From the NCBI GenBank assembly GCA_028283745.1, contig JAPWJZ010000008.1, positions 715,762 through 779,761 on the forward strand: 64,000 bases of DNA, written 5' to 3'. The stretch is from Micavibrio sp. GTDB taxonomy: Bacteria > Pseudomonadota > Alphaproteobacteria > Micavibrionales > UBA2020. Shown one piece after another: positions 34,914 through 45,115 of the stretch. The notes below the pieces were generated by a model that was not told where the DNA came from, did not search any database, and saw only the letters and a list, made by a program, of their open reading frames with translations. A program made the position numbers and the translations under genes. The stretch's first letter is position 1, and each line of letters begins with the position of its first letter.

Positions 34914-36272
34914 ATGATGAAGAAGTTTGCAAAATTTTGCACCGTTTCCATGCTTTGCCTGACCATGTCGACGGCAGTTTATGCCGCGAATGGCGAAGAT
35001 GGCGACCTGACGCTGACCGATGCAATCAGCAAGGGCGTTTTGAAGAGCCCTGAATACGGCGTCGTTGCGAACAACACCCTTGCCACGAAGGAAGAACTCG
35101 CCCAAGCGAAGTCTCTCTGGGCACCCTCGGTGGACTTTCTCGGTCAAACCGGTTACCAGCGCACCAACTCTCCCTTCATCGACAATAAAAACCTCTGGCG
35201 CAACTCCAGCTCCCTCACACTGACGCAGCTGCTGTTTGATGGCAACGGCACCAACAGCGAAATCAAACGCCAGAAATACCGCGTTGAATCCGCTGCCAAC
35301 CGCACCGGCGAAGTTGCCGAGTTCGTCGGTCTCGACATCGTCCAGGCGTACCTTGAAGTGCTGCGCCAGCGCGACCTGCTCGCCATTGCGCGCGCCAACA
35401 TTGAAGACCACCTCAAAATTCTCGACACCATCCAGACCGGCGCGACCGCCGGTACCGTGACCGAAGGCGACGTGTCGCAGGCCAATGCGCGTCTCGCGCA
35501 GGCCCGCGCCACCGTTTCCTCCACCGAAGAAGCGCTGCGCAACGCAGAATCGCTCTTCATCCAGAAAGTCGGCGATGTGCCCGGCGACATGGCCTTCCCG
35601 GATATTCCGCGCGCCAAGCTGCCCGCAACGGTTGATGATGCCGTGCGCACGGCCATTACGCAAAGCCCGACGCTGGCGGTGTATGAATCCGACCTTAAAG
35701 TCGCCCATGCCGAATTCGAAGGTTCGGGCTCCACGCTCTATCCGAAGCTCGAGCTGCAGGCCAACGCCTCTCTCGGCCATGACCTCGACGGCGTCGAAGG
35801 TCACGATGACCGTGAATCTGTTCTTGGCGTCATGACCTGGAACCTGTATCGCGGCGGCGCAGACCAGGAACGTCAGCGCGAATACATGTACCGCCTCGCA
35901 CAAGCGAAAGAACAGCGCTCGCAAGCTGCCCGCCAGGTCGAAAAAGACATGCGCGACACCTGGGCTGGCATGATCTCCTCGTCTGAACGTGCAAAACAGT
36001 TCCTCGATCAGGCAACCGCGAACGAGAAAGTGGTCAACGTTTACCTCGACCAGTTTAGCCTCGACCGCCGTACGCTGCTTGACGTGCTGGACTCGCAGAA
36101 CGAATTGTTCGTGTCGCGCTCCTCGCACGTGAACGCCCTCTACACCGAGATGTTTGCGGTTTACCGCGTTCTCGCGCTCAAGGGCGAGCTGCTGGGCAGC
36201 ATGGGCATTCCGCGCCCGCGTGAATCCCGCTTCAGCGCTGCAAACGCTTCCGACGCGCAGCCGCCGAAGTAA
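34914..36272 (+). CDS. tolC: TolC-family type I secretion outer membrane protein
   Basis: 452 aa. Signal peptide. Two-repeat OEP architecture (LTLTDAISKGVLKSPEY..., TLLDVLDSQNELF). Confidence 0.9.
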   Translation: MMKKFAKFCTVSMLCLTMSTAVYAANGEDGDLTLTDAISKGVLKSPEYGVVANNTLATKEELAQAKSLWAPSVDFLGQTGYQRTNSPFIDNKNLWRNSSSLTLTQLLFDGNGTNSEIKRQKYRVESAANRTGEVAEFVGLDIVQAYLEVLRQRDLLAIARANIEDHLKILDTIQTGATAGTVTEGDVSQANARLAQARATVSSTEEALRNAESLFIQKVGDVPGDMAFPDIPRAKLPATVDDAVRTAITQSPTLAVYESDLKVAHAEFEGSGSTLYPKLELQANASLGHDLDGVEGHDDRESVLGVMTWNLYRGGADQERQREYMYRLAQAKEQRSQAARQVEKDMRDTWAGMISSSERAKQFLDQATANEKVVNVYLDQFSLDRRTLLDVLDSQNELFVSRSSHVNALYTEMFAVYRVLALKGELLGSMGIPRPRESRFSAANASDAQPPK

Positions 36273-36361
36273 GCTTTTCTTCTCGGGCCGCGGCGGGCAG
36301 GGGAGCCTGCCGCGGGCCGGTTAGCTTCATCTAGGGCAGCAACGACCAGAGGCAGAATTTC

Positions 36362-38599
36362 GTGTCCGACGGCCAGAAGATTACAGTCAACGTTCCGCCA
36401 TCCGGCGGCAGCACCCCGAGCCAGGTCGGCTCCGCATGGCCACTGGAAGCCGAACGTGTTTCCCTCGACGATCCTTTAATGGAATGCCTGGCCATCCTCG
36501 CGGCGGAAAACGGCCGCAGGACGACGGCCGCCGCACTTTCCGCAGGTCTTCCCATCCATGGCCGCCAAATGGCCTCCCCCGCCGCCTTCGTGCGCGCGGC
36601 AGACCGCATCAGCATGACGGCGCGCATGGTGCGCCGCCCGCTGAAAGACCTGGCCGAAAGCCCGAACCTGCCGTGCATCCTTGTCCTCAAAAACAACCAC
36701 GCCTGCATTCTGCGCGGCCGCAACAAGAACGGCATCGAGGTTACCTTCCCCGAAACGCCGGATGCCGCCATTAACCTGACGCCAAGCGAGCTGCAGGGCC
36801 GCTTCAACGATTACGCCTTCTTCGTGCGCCCGCGCGCGCTGATGGATGGCCGCAGCGGCCCCGTCGAAGTCCACAACGACGGCAGCTGGTTCTGGGGCGC
36901 TATCTGGCGCAACCGCAAGACATATTACGAAGTCATGCTGGCCGCCGTCATGATCAACGTGCTGGCCATCATCAGCCCGCTGTTCACCATGAACGTGTAT
37001 GACCGCGTGGTGCCGAACGCCGCTTTCCCTACGCTGTGGTTCCTGGCCGCCGGCGTGTTGGTTGCCTATACCTTCGACTTCATTCTTAAAAACCTGCGCT
37101 CCCACTTTGTGGATACCGCGGGCCGCAAGGCGGATAACGTTATTTCCGCCCGTATTTTCGAGCAGATGCTGGCCATGAAAATGGCGGCGCGCCCGCCGTC
37201 CGTCGGCGTCCATGCCTCGAACCTGAAAGAGTTTGAAACGCTGCGGGACTTCTTCACCTCCGCCACCATCGTTGCGGTCATCGACTTCCCCTTCATCATC
37301 ATGTTCATCGGCCTGATCTTCCTGATCTCCGGCCCTGTCGCCATCGTACCGCTGATCATGGTGCCGCTGGTCATGGGTGTCGGCATCATGCTGCAGCGTC
37401 CGCTCGACAAGACAATTAAAGAGAGCATGCGTGAAGGCGCGCATAAATCCGGCCTGATTTTTGAAACGCTGTCCGGCCTTGAAACCATTAAAGTACAGGC
37501 GGCTGAAGGCCACATCCAGCGCAAGTGGGAAGAAGCGACCGAGCAATCATCCCGCACCGCCGTCAAGGCGCGCGCGGTATCGTCCTTCGGCGTTAACTTC
37601 GCCATCTTCTCCGCCAACATCTGCTCCGTCTGCATGGTCATTTACGGCACGTACCTGATTGCCGATAAAGACATCACCATGGGCGCGCTTATCGCTTCCG
37701 TCATTCTGTCGGGCCGCGCCATGGCGCCGCTCGCGTCGATTGCGGGCCTGCTGACAAAATACAGCCAGTCCAAAGAATCCCTCGTGCGCCTGAACGAACT
37801 GATGAAGGCGCCGGTCGAGCGCCCGATGGGGCAGGTCTTTATTTCCATGCCCGTCATGCGCGGCCGCATTGATTTCCGCGATGTGGAATTCCATTATCCC
37901 AACCAGAAAACACCGGCGCTGCGCAACATCAGCTTCAACGTCGGCGCGGGTGAACACGTCGGCATTATTGGCGCTGTCGGCTCGGGCAAGACCACCATCG
38001 AGCGTCTTATCCTCAACCTCTACCAGCCGTCCAGCGGTTCGGTGCAGGTGGATGGCGTGGACGTGCGCCAGCTTGACCCCGCCGACCTTCGCCGCAACAT
38101 TGGCGTTGTGCAGCAGATGCCGTACCTGTTCTTCGGCTCCGTGCGCGAAAACATCACCCTCGGACATGAATCCGTGCCGGACAGCGCCGTGCTGCGCGCC
38201 GCTGAAATGGCAGGCGTCATGGACTTCCTGCGCGATTCCGAAGCCGGTCTCGATACGCAAGTCGGCGAGCGCGGCGACAACCTTTCCGGCGGCCAGCGTC
38301 AGGCCATCGCCATTGCGCGCGCGCTGCTGTATGATCCGCCCATCCTGCTGCTCGATGAACCGACCGCGTCGATCGACCCGGGGTCCGAGCGCCGCCTGTA
38401 TACCCACCTGAAAGAGATGATCAAGGGCAAGACCATCCTGCTCGTCACGCACAAAAGCGCCGTCCTCGGCCTTGTTGATAAATTGATCTTGATGGACCGC
38501 GGCCGCATTATTGCCGCGGGCCCGCGTGATGAAGTCATCCAGAAGCTTCAGTCCGGCGCATATCGCGGCGCCGGTGCAGGGGGTACGCCCAATGAGTGA
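36362..38599 (+). CDS. Type I secretion ABC transporter, permease/ATPase with N-terminal C39-like domain (LapB/HlyB type)
   Basis: 745 aa with a GTG start. N-terminal DDPLMECLAILAAENG peptidase-like domain, six-TM region, Walker A GAVGSGKTT, signature LSGGQRQ, Walker B ILLLDEPT. Confidence 0.92.
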   Translation: MSDGQKITVNVPPSGGSTPSQVGSAWPLEAERVSLDDPLMECLAILAAENGRRTTAAALSAGLPIHGRQMASPAAFVRAADRISMTARMVRRPLKDLAESPNLPCILVLKNNHACILRGRNKNGIEVTFPETPDAAINLTPSELQGRFNDYAFFVRPRALMDGRSGPVEVHNDGSWFWGAIWRNRKTYYEVMLAAVMINVLAIISPLFTMNVYDRVVPNAAFPTLWFLAAGVLVAYTFDFILKNLRSHFVDTAGRKADNVISARIFEQMLAMKMAARPPSVGVHASNLKEFETLRDFFTSATIVAVIDFPFIIMFIGLIFLISGPVAIVPLIMVPLVMGVGIMLQRPLDKTIKESMREGAHKSGLIFETLSGLETIKVQAAEGHIQRKWEEATEQSSRTAVKARAVSSFGVNFAIFSANICSVCMVIYGTYLIADKDITMGALIASVILSGRAMAPLASIAGLLTKYSQSKESLVRLNELMKAPVERPMGQVFISMPVMRGRIDFRDVEFHYPNQKTPALRNISFNVGAGEHVGIIGAVGSGKTTIERLILNLYQPSSGSVQVDGVDVRQLDPADLRRNIGVVQQMPYLFFGSVRENITLGHESVPDSAVLRAAEMAGVMDFLRDSEAGLDTQVGERGDNLSGGQRQAIAIARALLYDPPILLLDEPTASIDPGSERRLYTHLKEMIKGKTILLVTHKSAVLGLVDKLILMDRGRIIAAGPRDEVIQKLQSGAYRGAGAGGTPNE

Positions 38600-40154
38600 T
38601 AATAACCCCGCCGATAAGAATAATCAGCCCGAACAGCCGAAGCCGGATGCCGCGGCCGCAGCGGCAAACGCGGGCAGCGACGCCGCCAAGGACAAAGCCG
38701 CCTCCGAAGGCCAGGCTGCGCATAATCCTGCGCCCGGCGCCCTCCAAACCCCGCCGAAGCCGAAATCGGCTGGCGCAGGGCAGGGCGCAAAGCTCCCCGT
38801 TGCCAATGCCGGCAAGAAGCTGGACATGAGCTCGCTCGACCTTCGCAAGCTTGACCTGACTCGTAAGTACGATGATGATTTTGCGGCTTCCGACGGCGTT
38901 GCATGGCGCGACCATGTCATGCTTTATACCATCGGCGGGCTGCTGCTCATCGCCCTTGCCTGGGCGAACATCGCAACGCTGGATGAAGTCTCGCGCGGGG
39001 ATGGCCGCGTTGTGCCGTCGTCCGAAGTTCAGGCGGTGCAGAACCTTGAAGGCGGCATCATCGAACAGTTCTTCGTGCATGAAGGCGAGGAAGTGAAAGA
39101 AGGCCAGGTGTTGCTGCAGATGCGCAACATTCAGGCCAAGGCGGATTTTGACGCGACCACGCAAAAATACCTCGGCCTGATGGCGACGCTGGCGCGCCTG
39201 ACTGCCGAATCTTCCGGCACCGTCCTCGGCTTTCCCGACGAAGTGAAGCAGGGCGCGCCTGATTCCGTACGGGCGGAGCAGAACGCCTATGACGCCAACA
39301 AGAAGCAGATCGACAACCAGTCCATGGTCTTTCAGGACCAGCTGAGCCAGAAGCAGCAGGAAGTGAACGAGCTTAACCGCCGTATCGCCGATACCTCCAG
39401 CGTCCTCAGCCTTGCGAACGATGAAAAGAACATGGTCGAACCCATGGTCGCCAAGGGCGCGGCGAACAAGAAGGAATTGCTGGAAGTTCGCCAGCGCATC
39501 GCTTCTCAATCGGCTGAGCTGAACGGCCTGCGCCTTGCGCTGCCGCGCTCGCAATCCGCCGTGAAGGAAGTAAAAAGCCGCCTTGACTCGCTGAACAGCG
39601 ACTTCCGCGCCGCAGCGCAAAAGGAATTTGCCGAGAAAACCATCGAGTTCAACACCATCAAGCAAACTCTCGCCGCGTATAAAGACAAAAGCGAACGCAC
39701 GGAAATTAAGTCGCCCGTGCATGGCATGATCAAGGACCTGAAGCTGACCACCGTCGGCGGTGTCGTGAAGCCCGGCGAAACGATCATGGAAATTGTGCCG
39801 TCGGAAGACCAGCTGATTGTCGAAGCGCGCATCAAGCCGTCGGACATCGCCTTCATCCATGAAGGCCAGCGGGCCATTGTGCGCCTGACAGCTTTTGACT
39901 TTGGCATCTACGGCTCGCTCGATGGTGAAGTGACGGAAGTGTCGCCTGACAGTATCGTGAACGACAAGGGCGAAAGCTTTTACCGCGTGCGCGTGAAGAC
40001 CGCGCAAACACAGGTGCATCGCGGCGGCAAAACGCTGGATGTGAAGGCGGGCATGCAGGCGACGGTGGATATTGTGACGGGCGAAAAAACCGTCATGCGC
40101 TATATCCTGAAGCCCTTCAACAAGGCCGCCCAGACGGCAATGCGCGAGCGTTAA
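38592..40154 (+). CDS. HlyD-family type I secretion membrane fusion protein
   Basis: The ORF opens at 38511 inside the ABC gene. ATG 38592 overlaps the ABC stop region. A polar N-tail, then TM LYTIGGLLLIALAW, a coiled-coil, and C-terminal ESFYRVRVK...GMQATVDIVTGEKTVMRYILKP typical of HlyD/LapC. Confidence 0.9.
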   Translation: MSDNNPADKNNQPEQPKPDAAAAAANAGSDAAKDKAASEGQAAHNPAPGALQTPPKPKSAGAGQGAKLPVANAGKKLDMSSLDLRKLDLTRKYDDDFAASDGVAWRDHVMLYTIGGLLLIALAWANIATLDEVSRGDGRVVPSSEVQAVQNLEGGIIEQFFVHEGEEVKEGQVLLQMRNIQAKADFDATTQKYLGLMATLARLTAESSGTVLGFPDEVKQGAPDSVRAEQNAYDANKKQIDNQSMVFQDQLSQKQQEVNELNRRIADTSSVLSLANDEKNMVEPMVAKGAANKKELLEVRQRIASQSAELNGLRLALPRSQSAVKEVKSRLDSLNSDFRAAAQKEFAEKTIEFNTIKQTLAAYKDKSERTEIKSPVHGMIKDLKLTTVGGVVKPGETIMEIVPSEDQLIVEARIKPSDIAFIHEGQRAIVRLTAFDFGIYGSLDGEVTEVSPDSIVNDKGESFYRVRVKTAQTQVHRGGKTLDVKAGMQATVDIVTGEKTVMRYILKPFNKAAQTAMRER

Positions 40155-40292
40155 TATAGTAAGCCGCGAGCGTTAATCTTTACGGTGGTTAAGTCCTTAA
40201 ATTCAAAGACTTTACGCCTTCGTTAACTCCATTTGACTGGTTATGTAAAAATAGCTATACTTTCCCCAAGCTGAGCCGAGGGGAATGACACC

Positions 40293-40745
40293 ATGGAATT
40301 TCAGGAAGAAAACTTCGCCGTCTACCAGTTGCTGGTCAAGCTCGACATGGCCGGCGTTGAAAACATGAAGGCAGATTTCGCCGCCGCCAAAACCGGCACG
40401 GATGATGACAAGTACAAATTCGCCCTCGGTATTTATGGCCTTGTGACCACGCCGGGCATTGAAGCCGCGCTGCCGGGGCTTACCAAGACCATCGTCGATA
40501 ACACGCTGGAACAGGCGCTTGCCGTGTTCGAGGATACGGCAGGGCGCGGCCACCCCCATGCGGCGCTCATGGCAGCGTGGTGCCGCGCCAGCGGCATTGG
40601 CTGCATTGAAGATAAAACCATCGCCAAACAATGGCTCGACCAGTCGGATGACGCCGTCGGCCCCAGCGACTTCAGCCGCGAGCTGCGGTCGCGCATTTCC
40701 ACGGTCATGGTCGTCTTCCCACCCCAAAAGCCGAAAGCGCCATAA
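40293..40745 (+). CDS. Hypothetical protein (150 aa)
   Basis: GAGGGGA RBS and balanced amino-acid composition. The overlapping minus-strand ORF is Arg/Gly-rich (shadow). No family recognised. Confidence 0.4.
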   Translation: MEFQEENFAVYQLLVKLDMAGVENMKADFAAAKTGTDDDKYKFALGIYGLVTTPGIEAALPGLTKTIVDNTLEQALAVFEDTAGRGHPHAALMAAWCRASGIGCIEDKTIAKQWLDQSDDAVGPSDFSRELRSRISTVMVVFPPQKPKAP

Positions 40746-40842
40746 AACGCACGCATCCGCACGTTTTTGTTGCATCGCAACAGAAGACTGTTTACGTTAG
40801 TTTCCCGTATTCAATTTTACTTTGAAACGGGAGAATCCAAAC

Positions 40843-42066
40843 ATGGTTGCTGCTGATATTGCGTGGATGACGATGGCGACAGCCCTTGTCCTGCTCATGA
40901 CCCCCGGGGTCGCCTTTTTCTATGGCGGAATGGTCAGCCAGCGCAACGCGGTGTCGACCAAGTTTCAAAGCTACGTTTCTATCGGCATTGTCGGGCTGCT
41001 CTGGGCGGTCTGCGGGTATAGCCTCGTCTTCTCGGGCGATACCTTTGGCGTTATCGGCGACCTTAAATACTTCATGCTGAACGGCGTGGGGGAAGAACCG
41101 AACCCCGCCTACGGCCCCACCATTCCGCATGCATTGTTCATGCTGTTCCAGGCAACCTTCGCCATCATCACGCCCGCGCTGATTACCGGCGCGGTGGCGG
41201 AACGCATTCGCTTCAAGGCTTGGCTGGTCATCATGGCGCTGTGGTCGCTGCTGGTTTATGTGCCGGTGGCGCATTGGGTCTGGGGTCCCGGCGGCTGGAT
41301 TGCCAAAATGGGCGGGCTTGATTTTGCGGGCGGCCTTGTCGTCCACATGACGTCGGGTTACGCGGCATTGGTCGCGGCGCTTACCATCGGCCCGCGCCAG
41401 AACTTCAAGCCGTCTGAATCAAACGGCTTCAGTGCGCCCATGGTGCTGCTGGGTACCGCGCTGCTGTGGTTCGGCTGGTTCGGCTTTAACGCCGGTTCCG
41501 CCCTTTCCGCCAGCGGCCTTACCGCCATGGCAGCGGGCACCACCTTCTTCGCTGCCGCAACCGCGATGACGGTCTGGATGCTGTGTGACTGGTACGTGCA
41601 TGGTCGCCCCACGGCGGTTGGTGCGGCAGTCGGCGCGGTGGCGGGCCTTGTCGCCATCACCCCGGCGGCAGGCTACGTGACCTTGCAGGCCTCCATCCTT
41701 ATCGGCGCCATCACGGCGGTGTGCTGCAACTATGCGGTGCGCCTTGTGAAGCAACGCCTGAAGACGGACGATACTGTTGACGTGTTCGCCTGCCATGGCG
41801 TGGGCGGCACCATCGGCACCATCCTCACGGCGGTCTTTGCCACCAAAGCGGTGAATGGTGCGGGCGCAGACGGCGTGCTGTACGGCAGCTGGGACCTGCT
41901 GCGCGCAAACCTCACGGGCGCGGCGGCGGTTGTTGCCTATACTATGCTCATGACTTTTATCGTGCTGAAAGTCGTCGGCCATTTCATGGATGTGCGCGTA
42001 TCCGCCGAAGACGAAGAAGCCGGTCTCGACGCTACCCAGCACGGCGAGAAAGCCTTCATTTTCTAA
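40843..42066 (+). CDS. amtB: Ammonium transporter
   Basis: The ORF opens at TTG 40822; ATG 40843 has a GGGAG RBS. Signatures DFAGGLVVHMTSGYAALVAAL, LWFGWFGFNAGSA, DDTVDVFACHGVGG. Confidence 0.93.
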   Translation: MVAADIAWMTMATALVLLMTPGVAFFYGGMVSQRNAVSTKFQSYVSIGIVGLLWAVCGYSLVFSGDTFGVIGDLKYFMLNGVGEEPNPAYGPTIPHALFMLFQATFAIITPALITGAVAERIRFKAWLVIMALWSLLVYVPVAHWVWGPGGWIAKMGGLDFAGGLVVHMTSGYAALVAALTIGPRQNFKPSESNGFSAPMVLLGTALLWFGWFGFNAGSALSASGLTAMAAGTTFFAAATAMTVWMLCDWYVHGRPTAVGAAVGAVAGLVAITPAAGYVTLQASILIGAITAVCCNYAVRLVKQRLKTDDTVDVFACHGVGGTIGTILTAVFATKAVNGAGADGVLYGSWDLLRANLTGAAAVVAYTMLMTFIVLKVVGHFMDVRVSAEDEEAGLDATQHGEKAFIF

Positions 42067-42089
42067 AATAATACACGGGGCAGCAAAAA

Positions 42090-42121
42090 GGGCGATGGTT
42101 ATAAAACCATCGCCCTTTTTA
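42090..42121. terminator. Bidirectional terminator between amtB and etfA
   Basis: aaaaaGGGCGATGGTTataaAACCATCGCCCttttt. Confidence 0.75.
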
Positions 42122-42139
42122 TTGCGATATTTTGCGGGC

Positions 42140-43066
42140 TTAAAGCGCCTTCGCCATTTCCGGCAGGGCCACGAAGAGGTCTTGCACAAGGCCGTAGTCC
42201 GCCACCTGGAAGATGGGGGCTTCGGGGTCCTTGTTGATGGCGACGATGACTTTGGAATCCTTCATGCCCGCAAGGTGCTGGATGGCGCCGGAAATGCCGA
42301 CCGCGATGTACAGCTCGGGCGCGACGACCTTGCCGGTCTGCCCGACCTGATAATCGTTCGGTACAAAGCCCGCATCCACCGCCGCGCGCGATGCGCCGAC
42401 CGCAGCGCCGAGCTTGTCGGCAACGGCATCGATCAGCTTGAAGTTTTCGCCATTGCCCATGCCGCGGCCGCCGGAGATGACGATGCGGGCTGCCGTCAGC
42501 TCCGGTCGCTCCGACTTCGTCAGTTGCTGGCCTGCGAAAGCTGTCAGGCCGCTGTCACCCGCGCCATCAACCTTTTCAACGCTGGCGGTGCCGCCGGTGG
42601 CGGCTGCGGGGTCAAAGGCCGTTGTGCGCACGGTCAGGACTTTAATTTTGTCTTTTGACTGCACGGTCGCAAAAGCGTTGCCCGCATAGACGGGACGGGT
42701 AAACGTATCCGCGCTCACGACTGCCGAAATGTCGGACAGCGGCTGCACATCCAGCAGCGCGCCAACGCGCGGCAGCATGTTCTTACCGGTCGTGGTAGCG
42801 GGGGCGAGGATATGCGTGTAGGCCGCGCCGATTTTGGCGACGAGCGCGGCGGTGTTTTCCGCCAGCTGGTGCGCATAGGCGGCATCATCCGCCAGCAGCA
42901 CTTTTTTAACGCCGGCAATTTTGGCGGCGGCATCGGCCACGGCGGCGCAATTCTGCCCCGCGACCAGAACGTCAACATCGCCCAGCTGCGCTGCCGCCGT
43001 CATGGCGTTCAGGGTTGCGGGCTTCAGGGTGTTGTTGTCGTGTTCTGCAATAAGAAGGACGCCCAT
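42140..43066 (-). CDS. etfA: Electron transfer flavoprotein alpha subunit
   Basis: ATG 43066 lies just after the etfB stop (the track start 43072 is TTG). C-terminal FAD-binding [37 protein letters not shown]. Confidence 0.93.
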   Translation of the reverse strand: MGVLLIAEHDNNTLKPATLNAMTAAAQLGDVDVLVAGQNCAAVADAAAKIAGVKKVLLADDAAYAHQLAENTAALVAKIGAAYTHILAPATTTGKNMLPRVGALLDVQPLSDISAVVSADTFTRPVYAGNAFATVQSKDKIKVLTVRTTAFDPAAATGGTASVEKVDGAGDSGLTAFAGQQLTKSERPELTAARIVISGGRGMGNGENFKLIDAVADKLGAAVGASRAAVDAGFVPNDYQVGQTGKVVAPELYIAVGISGAIQHLAGMKDSKVIVAINKDPEAPIFQVADYGLVQDLFVALPEMAKAL

Positions 43067-43068
43067 GA

Positions 43069-43815
43069 TCAAATCACCTTTGCTTCGTTTTTCAGTTTGC
43101 CGACAAGTTCGGCGACGTCTTTGACTTTAATGCCGGCTTTGCGCGTTGCAGGCTCCGTCACCTTCAGCGTCACGGTGCGGGGCGTTGCATCCACGCCCAA
43201 ATCCTGCGGCGTCATGGTAGCGAGCGGCTTTTGCTTCGCCTTCATGATGTTGGGCAGGGAGGCGTAGCGCGGCTCGTTCAGGCGAAGGTCGGTCGTGACC
43301 ACGGCGGGCAGCTTCAGCGACAGGGTTTCAAGGCCGCCGTCAATTTCGCGGGTGATGCTGAAGCCGGCATCCGTCTTTTCAAGCTTGGAGGCAAAGGTGC
43401 CTTGGCTCCAGCCGAGCAGGGCGGAAAGCATCTGGCCTGTCTGGTTATTGTCACCGTCAATCGACTGCTTGCCGAGGATGACGAGATCCGGCGTTTCCTT
43501 CTTCACCAGCGCCTGCAAAATTTTTGCAATCGCGAGGGGTTCCGCATTATCGGCGGTCACAAGAATGCCGCGGTCCGCGCCCATGGCAAGAGCGGTGCGA
43601 ATGGTTTCCTGCGCCTGCGCGGGCCCGATGGAGACGACGATGATTTCGCTGGCGACGCCTTTTTCCTTCAGCCGCACCGCTTCTTCCACGGCGATTTCGC
43701 AGAAGGGGTTCATCGACATTTTGACGTTGGCAAGCTCGACGCCCGTATGGTCGCTTTTAACGCGGACCTTGACGTTGTAATCGACGACGCGCTTTACGGC
43801 GACCAGAATTTTCAT
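43069..43815 (-). CDS. etfB: Electron transfer flavoprotein beta subunit
   Basis: 248 aa. [20 protein letters not shown] and [19 protein letters not shown] are signatures. Confidence 0.93.
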   Translation of the reverse strand: MKILVAVKRVVDYNVKVRVKSDHTGVELANVKMSMNPFCEIAVEEAVRLKEKGVASEIIVVSIGPAQAQETIRTALAMGADRGILVTADNAEPLAIAKILQALVKKETPDLVILGKQSIDGDNNQTGQMLSALLGWSQGTFASKLEKTDAGFSITREIDGGLETLSLKLPAVVTTDLRLNEPRYASLPNIMKAKQKPLATMTPQDLGVDATPRTVTLKVTEPATRKAGIKVKDVAELVGKLKNEAKVI

Positions 43816-43922
43816 AGTTTTCTCCAGCTGTCTTGCAGAAATAATCAGGGCTCCAAGTCTATATCAGACCTGGAGCCCTGTGAACCTTGAAAATCAGGCT
43901 TATGCAGCCCGTTTAAAGGGGA

Positions 43923-44507
43923 TTATTTGCCGTCGGCAGCTGCCGGGGCAGGTGCAGTCGGGGTCGGTGCTGCTGCTTTATCGGCATCAGCGGCGACCTG
44001 CATTTTAACGATTTTGTCGGGGCTCACGGGCGGCTCGCCGCGGGTGATGTTGTCGACAAATTCCATGCCGGAGGTGACTTCGCCCCAGACGGTGTACTGG
44101 CCGTCAAGGCTGCTGTTGTCTGCGAACATGATGAAGAACTGGCTGTCCGCGCTGTCGGGGTCGCTGGCGCGGGCCATGCCAACGACGCCGCGGGCGAAGT
44201 GGGCGGAGCTGAATTCAGCCTTGATGTTCTGGCCCGAACCGCCGCGGCCGGTGCCGGTGGGGTCGCCGGTTTGCGCCATGAAGCCGTCAATCACGCGGTG
44301 GAAGACGAGGCCGTCATAGAAGCCCTTGCGGGTCAGTTCTTTAATGCGCGCAACGTGTGCGGGCGCAAGGTCAGGACGCAGGCGGATGACGACTTTGCCA
44401 TCTTTCAGCGTCAGGTAAAGCGTGTTTTCAGGGTCGGACGTCTGCGCGGTGGCGGCGCCAATGCCAAGGCACAGCACCAGGGCAAGGGAAAGAAGCAGTT
44501 GTTTCAT
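43923..44507 (-). CDS. ppiA: Periplasmic cyclophilin-type peptidyl-prolyl cis-trans isomerase
   Basis: 194 aa with a signal peptide. FHRVIDGFMAQTGDPTGTGRGG, SQFFIMF. Ala/Pro-rich C-tail. Confidence 0.9.
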   Translation of the reverse strand: MKQLLLSLALVLCLGIGAATAQTSDPENTLYLTLKDGKVVIRLRPDLAPAHVARIKELTRKGFYDGLVFHRVIDGFMAQTGDPTGTGRGGSGQNIKAEFSSAHFARGVVGMARASDPDSADSQFFIMFADNSSLDGQYTVWGEVTSGMEFVDNITRGEPPVSPDKIVKMQVAADADKAAAPTPTAPAPAAADGK

Positions 44508-44569
44508 GTTTGTTTTCCTTTTGGGTTGGCAGTATCTAAAAATATCTCCGCAAATATCGCTTACGTATT

Positions 44570-45022
44570 TTAAGCGAGCGAGAATTTCACGATTTTGTCA
44601 GGCGTACGGGGCGGTTCGCCCTTGGCGATGTTGTCGATCAGGTCGACGTTCTCGATCACCTGGCCCCAGACGGTATAGTCGCCGTCAAGGTGCGGCGTTT
44701 CGCCGAAGGTGATGAAGAACTGCGTATCGCCGCTGTTCGGGTCCATCGCGCGCGCCATGCCGAGCGTGCCGCGCTTGAAGGGCGTGTCGGTAAATTCGGC
44801 AGGCAGTTTTTTGCCCGAACCGCCGTAGCCGGTGCCTTCGGGGCAGCCGGTCTGCGCCATAAAGCCCGGAATGACGCGGTGAAATTTAAGGCCGTCGTAA
44901 TAGCCTTCACCGATAAGTTCTTTAATGCGCGCGACATGCTTGGGCGCAAGGTCGGGGCGTAGTTCGATGGTCACTTTGCCGTCTTTGAGTTCAAGATAGG
45001 CAAGGTTTTCTTTGTCAGCCAT
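44570..45022 (-). CDS. ppiB: Cytoplasmic cyclophilin-type peptidyl-prolyl isomerase
   Basis: ATG 45022 has a GGAGGAA RBS (the track start 45076 is further upstream). FHRVIPGFMAQTGCPEGTGYGG, TQFFITF. Confidence 0.9.
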   Translation of the reverse strand: MADKENLAYLELKDGKVTIELRPDLAPKHVARIKELIGEGYYDGLKFHRVIPGFMAQTGCPEGTGYGGSGKKLPAEFTDTPFKRGTLGMARAMDPNSGDTQFFITFGETPHLDGDYTVWGQVIENVDLIDNIAKGEPPRTPDKIVKFSLA

Positions 45023-45115
45023 GATTCCTCCATAAAATACGGGCTTTATGCTGCACGCCGCGCTGCGGATAATCAAGCATATTCAAGTATAACGTCTGTT
45101 TTAACGGTCAATCGC

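Noticed and set aside
40144-40177. Short direct duplication gcgagcgttaat ... gcgagcgttaat at the end of hlyD.
   Set aside because: It is only about 12-13 bp, has no flanking mobile-element features, and is most simply a small local duplication of the stop region.
40293-40745. Expected a glnK (PII) gene upstream of amtB and tested whether this 150-aa ORF could be it.
   Set aside because: It has no PII features: no MKxIxAIIxP N-terminus and no T-loop YRGAEY. The sequence is unrelated, so amtB appears to stand without glnK here.
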